Source of the DNA: Candidatus Bathyarchaeota archaeon
GTDB taxonomy: Archaea > Thermoproteota > Bathyarchaeia > Bathyarchaeales > Bathycorpusculaceae
Direction of reading: 5' to 3'
DNA: 64,000 bases
Assembly: GCA_963775685.1 (NCBI GenBank)
Contig: CAVZJV010000014.1
Location: forward strand, 1,856,001 to 1,920,000
Shown here: positions 60,502 to 64,000 of the stretch, piece after piece
Numbering within the stretch: the first letter of the stretch is position 1
Layout of the letters: every line of letters starts with the position of its first letter
Program-made: the position numbers and the translations under genes
The notes under the pieces: generated by a model
Told to the model about the DNA's origin: nothing
The model's database searches: none
The model's input: only the letters and a program-made list of their open reading frames with translations

Positions 60502-62030
60502 AACCCGTAGAGTACTCCGTATTTTTTGTTTAGATACTTTAAGTATGGTTCTGAATCAAGGGCTTGTCCAGTTGCCTGCTTGATAAGATCTTGCGGGTCA
60601 TAGAGATCACCTTGGTTGTGAATGTTAGTTTTTAGCCAGCCCTTTACGTCTTCGAGGGTTCCTTTAGCAAGCGAGTTGCGCCAGTCTGGCAAGTCTTTGG
60701 TGATGGCGGCGGATATTTGTCCACTATAAATGTTGCCTAACGCGTAGCTTGGGAAATAACCGAAAAGCCCACTTGCCCAATGTGTATCCTGCATTACACC
60801 CTCAGAGGCATTCTCGATTTTTACGCCTAGGTACTCTTTGTATTTCTGATTCCATGCCTCTGGCAACTCATCTACCGAGAGTTTATCCGTAAAAAGATCC
60901 TTTTCGAGTTCGAAGCGGATGATGATATGAAGGCTGTAGGTTACCTCGTCTGCTTCAATTCGGATTTTGGAGCGTTCAACTTTGTTTACCGCTTGGATGA
61001 CCTGGTTTAACTGGAGACTGCTCAGACTTGGTGCTACCTGTTTGATTTTTGGCAGAAAACCAGTCCAGAATTCTTTGGAGCGTCCGATGATGTTTTCGTG
61101 GAATCGCGATTGGGATTCATGTATGCCGTATGAGCACGTGGACCCGACTGGTTGGTATTGCCATTCGGGGTTGAGGTTTTGCTCGTAGAGTGCGTGCCCA
61201 GTCTCATGTAGCACGGAAAAGATTGAGCTGGCGAAGTTGCAGGGGTAATAATGCGTGGTTATGCGGACATCGTCGTAGTAACCCGTGGTAAAGGGATGTT
61301 CAGTCTCGTCCACTCTTCCTCCAGCTTTCGATGAAGCTGTATCATAACCAAGCGTTTGGGTTATTAATTGTGTGATTTTGCGTTGGTTTTCCACAGGAAC
61401 GGTTACCCTGAAGCTCTGCATTGAAGGCTTGATTTGGCAGTCTTCAATTTTCGAAATCAAAGGCTTCAAGCCTCCAAGCAGCCTGTTGAAGGTTTTGGTT
61501 ATGGTCTCTGTTGGCATTTTGGGCTCAAAATTGTCGAGCAATGCCTCATAGGGCGTCTTGGTTTGTTTGACTTCCATTAGAATCTCAGCAGCTTGTTTGG
61601 TTAAGTCCAATAGTTTTAGGAGGTCCGATTTAAAGAGGTTAAAGTTTTTTTGAGCCTTTGCTTTTTTCCATGTGTTAACTGTTATTGCTTCTTGCATTGC
61701 GAGGTCCGCAACTAGTTTTTCGGGTAACGATGTCTGTTCCCGGAAGTCTTTGTCGATAAGGTAAATGTTGCGTTTCTCGATTTCGCTGAGCGCTTGGTAC
61801 TGGTCATCTTTTTGGAGGTTATCAAGGAGTCTTCCTATTTGCGGGTCCGTTCGCAGCTTATGATGAATGCGGCTTAGAAGTGCCAGTTGTTGGCTACGTT
61901 GTTCCACAGCCTTAGGTGGCATGTAGATTTCCATATCCCAATGGATTATGCCTTCAGCAGTTGAAAGCACCATGGCATCTTTGATTTTTGATAAAAGTTC
62001 TCGGTAAGATGAATCTATTTTACAGATCAA
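60498..62030 (-). CDS. Carboxypeptidase, M32 family
   Basis: HPF, DVRITT, HETGH, HESQS, IRIEADE, QDTHW, GYFPSY.LG. Confidence 0.96.
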   Translation of the reverse strand: MICKIDSSYRELLSKIKDAMVLSTAEGIIHWDMEIYMPPKAVEQRSQQLALLSRIHHKLRTDPQIGRLLDNLQKDDQYQALSEIEKRNIYLIDKDFREQTSLPEKLVADLAMQEAITVNTWKKAKAQKNFNLFKSDLLKLLDLTKQAAEILMEVKQTKTPYEALLDNFEPKMPTETITKTFNRLLGGLKPLISKIEDCQIKPSMQSFRVTVPVENQRKITQLITQTLGYDTASSKAGGRVDETEHPFTTGYYDDVRITTHYYPCNFASSIFSVLHETGHALYEQNLNPEWQYQPVGSTCSYGIHESQSRFHENIIGRSKEFWTGFLPKIKQVAPSLSSLQLNQVIQAVNKVERSKIRIEADEVTYSLHIIIRFELEKDLFTDKLSVDELPEAWNQKYKEYLGVKIENASEGVMQDTHWASGLFGYFPSYALGNIYSGQISAAITKDLPDWRNSLAKGTLEDVKGWLKTNIHNQGDLYDPQDLIKQATGQALDSEPYLKYLNKKYGVLYGF

Positions 62031-62233
62031 GGGTTAATTCTTCCTTTCTTTAGTGTTCAAAGGGCGCAGTCTTTTATTTACTGTTAGGTTAAAGCATATA
62101 GACGTTGAACCCTATCTACGTAGGTCTTCCCTCCTTTTTTAAAGCAGCCGACTAGTTAGGTACCGAGCGTTAATTTGATTGCAAAAGTCTTTTATCTTGG
62201 TCAATAAATGCGCTCTATTGAGGAATTAGTAAA

Positions 62234-62881
62234 ATGAGTAGTTTAGAATCTAACAAGAACTTAGCTGGCGTCGGCTCAATACTGCTAATGTTTCCATTTG
62301 TGAACATAGTTGGCATAATATTGATATTCATAGGCATGAAGGGCTTAGCAGAATACTACAAAAATGACAGCGTCTACCGTGATGCTCTTCGAGGGCTCAT
62401 CTTTCTAATAATTGCAGCCATCTCAATCGCGGTCGCTGTCCCAGTGTTCGCAATCAGCGGTATGTTCAGTATTTTTGCACTTGGTCCATTTGGTGTGGGT
62501 TTTGAGCTTATAGCTTTGCTTTTGATGTTAGTACTGGTTTTCATATTCTATCTGCTGGCTGCAATTAATCTGAGGAAAGCATTCAACAGTCTTGCCCAGG
62601 AGTCAGGTGAACATATGTTTGAAACCGCTGGAATGCTCCTGTTCTTCGGAGCAATATTCACCATAATATTAGTTGGCTTTGTGCTGATATTTCTCGCCTG
62701 GATAATTGCTACAATAGCGTTCTTCTCCATCAAAGTCCCTCCGCAACAATACGTTTATGGGCCTCCTCCAACAGCAGTCCCTTCAATGCAACCAACAAGT
62801 TTCTGCCCTAACTGCGGTGCCCCTGTCGAGGCAAATGCAACTTTCTGCCCTCATTGCGGAAAACAGCTTCCCCCCGTCTAA
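62234..62881 (+). CDS. DUF996-like membrane protein with C-terminal zinc ribbon
   Basis: LAGVGSIL, FETAG..LFFGA, AFFSI; CPNCG....FCPHCG. Confidence 0.85.
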   Translation: MSSLESNKNLAGVGSILLMFPFVNIVGIILIFIGMKGLAEYYKNDSVYRDALRGLIFLIIAAISIAVAVPVFAISGMFSIFALGPFGVGFELIALLLMLVLVFIFYLLAAINLRKAFNSLAQESGEHMFETAGMLLFFGAIFTIILVGFVLIFLAWIIATIAFFSIKVPPQQYVYGPPPTAVPSMQPTSFCPNCGAPVEANATFCPHCGKQLPPV

Positions 62882-63180
62882 ATCTTCTTTATTTTTTTTA
62901 TTTCTCACCTATAACCACCATACGTTTAAGAGATTAGCCGCCTCGATTCATCTAAAAGAAGCCATTTATTGAAAGAAACCAACTTACGAAAACGTCTCAA
63001 AAGCAGGCTAAAATTACCTAAGCGTCATCGCTACGTAAGAAATTCTCAGCGGAATCAAACTGGGCAAAATAGTCTGCGAAATATGTGGAAAAGGTTTCTT
63101 AAGCGAAACCTTGTTGACAAGCAAATGCATACCTTGCTTTGAATCACTAAAGGAAGAAAAATAAACTAGAAATGATAAGT

Positions 63181-63258
63181 TGGTGCTCCGGCCGGGATTT
63201 GGACCCGGGTCGCCGACTCGAAAGGCCAGTATACTTGACCGGACTATACTACCGGAGC
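63181..63258 (-). tRNA. tRNA-Glu(TTC), encoded CCA
   Basis: GCTCCGG/CCGGAGC acceptor, CTGGC-CTTTCGA-GTCGG anticodon arm; T loop reads TCCAAAT. Confidence 0.92.
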
Positions 63259-63329
63259 GCTTTCACAATAAAGCACCAACCAGAATGCTTTTTCCCTCGA
63301 ATAAACCTTACTCTTCCAGAACCATACTT

Positions 63330-63866
63330 TTAGCTAATATGCTTGGTTCGTTTAGGTTTTTTGGGAGTAAACAAAAAGCCTGTTATTTGATCTATAAGTT
63401 TAGCTTGGTTTGCGGTGGTTTTTTCGAGTTCTTGGATCCTTTTTTCTAGGTCGTTTGAGATGATTTTTCCTTCTATACGGTTAGCCGAGCGGAACATGAG
63501 TAGCATTTTGAACACTTCATCGATGGCGTGTTTTTGTTCTTCGGCGGACGCTGGTTTAGTTCCTGCGATTACTGATAATAGATCAACATAGTGCTCTTTG
63601 ATTTTTAGTTCAGCGCTGACAGAGGGATCTTTTGGGAATGCGATGCTTAACGGTGTTTGTTTGGCGAGTTCGGCAGCGGTTGGAAAACGAATGATGATAT
63701 CTCCCCTTATCCATGAAGAAACAAACTCCGAGACGAAGCGGAGGATCTCTTTTTCTGAGTAAAGCAAAGAAGACTCTGGGTTTGCATCTGTTTTTCTTTT
63801 GATTCTTACACTAATAATTTTCTTGTCTTCAGCATCATTTGACATATGGGTCCCTTCATGTGCCAT
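63330..63866 (-). CDS. Hypothetical protein with C-terminal coiled coil
   Basis: 178-aa ORF with no competing long frame; no recognised motif. Confidence 0.6.
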   Translation of the reverse strand: MAHEGTHMSNDAEDKKIISVRIKRKTDANPESSLLYSEKEILRFVSEFVSSWIRGDIIIRFPTAAELAKQTPLSIAFPKDPSVSAELKIKEHYVDLLSVIAGTKPASAEEQKHAIDEVFKMLLMFRSANRIEGKIISNDLEKRIQELEKTTANQAKLIDQITGFLFTPKKPKRTKHIS

Positions 63867-64000
63867 CTATCGTTTTGTGTTTGTTTTGTTAATCAATACC
63901 TAGTATTTAAGAAAACTTTCCAAAGTTAGAAAGAGATTTTTGCCGCTGAAGGAATCTTTCCTAATATCTTTGCTGTTGCCTTCTCAACTTTTGTCCTGTC

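Overview
Archaeal chromosomal segment, most likely Bathyarchaeia (TACK). The gene set supports this: PolD DP1+DP2, Elf1, Spt4, Fae-Hps and large paralogous beta-propeller surface proteins. Most of the window is housekeeping: rRNA/tRNA modification, SRP54, eIF5A, aIF2-gamma, ribosomal proteins, RNAP subunits, NAD metabolism, ahcY, tRNA-Ser(CGA, with intron) and tRNA-Glu(TTC). It contains a probable replication origin (ORB boxes plus AT-rich DUE) upstream of cdc6/orc1. Main leads: (1) an origin-adjacent three-gene cassette including a predicted membrane-anchor/coiled-coil/winged-helix protein, embedded in phased ATCAC repeats, with a second TTCAC/GTGAA repeat family, a candidate origin-to-membrane tethering or segregation system; (2) two Lrp-regulator + surface-protein modules, each followed by a conserved ~120-nt structured non-coding element; (3) a structured intergenic RNA candidate with alternative folds after rps19; (4) four genes that appear to start at Shine-Dalgarno-preceded ATC codons; (5) HTH-Fae-Hps and sensor-like/radical SAM fusions. 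Four single-base +1 frameshifts (one in essential rpl3) suggest insertion errors in the assembly. All calls come from reading the sequence and recognising motifs; no searches were run.
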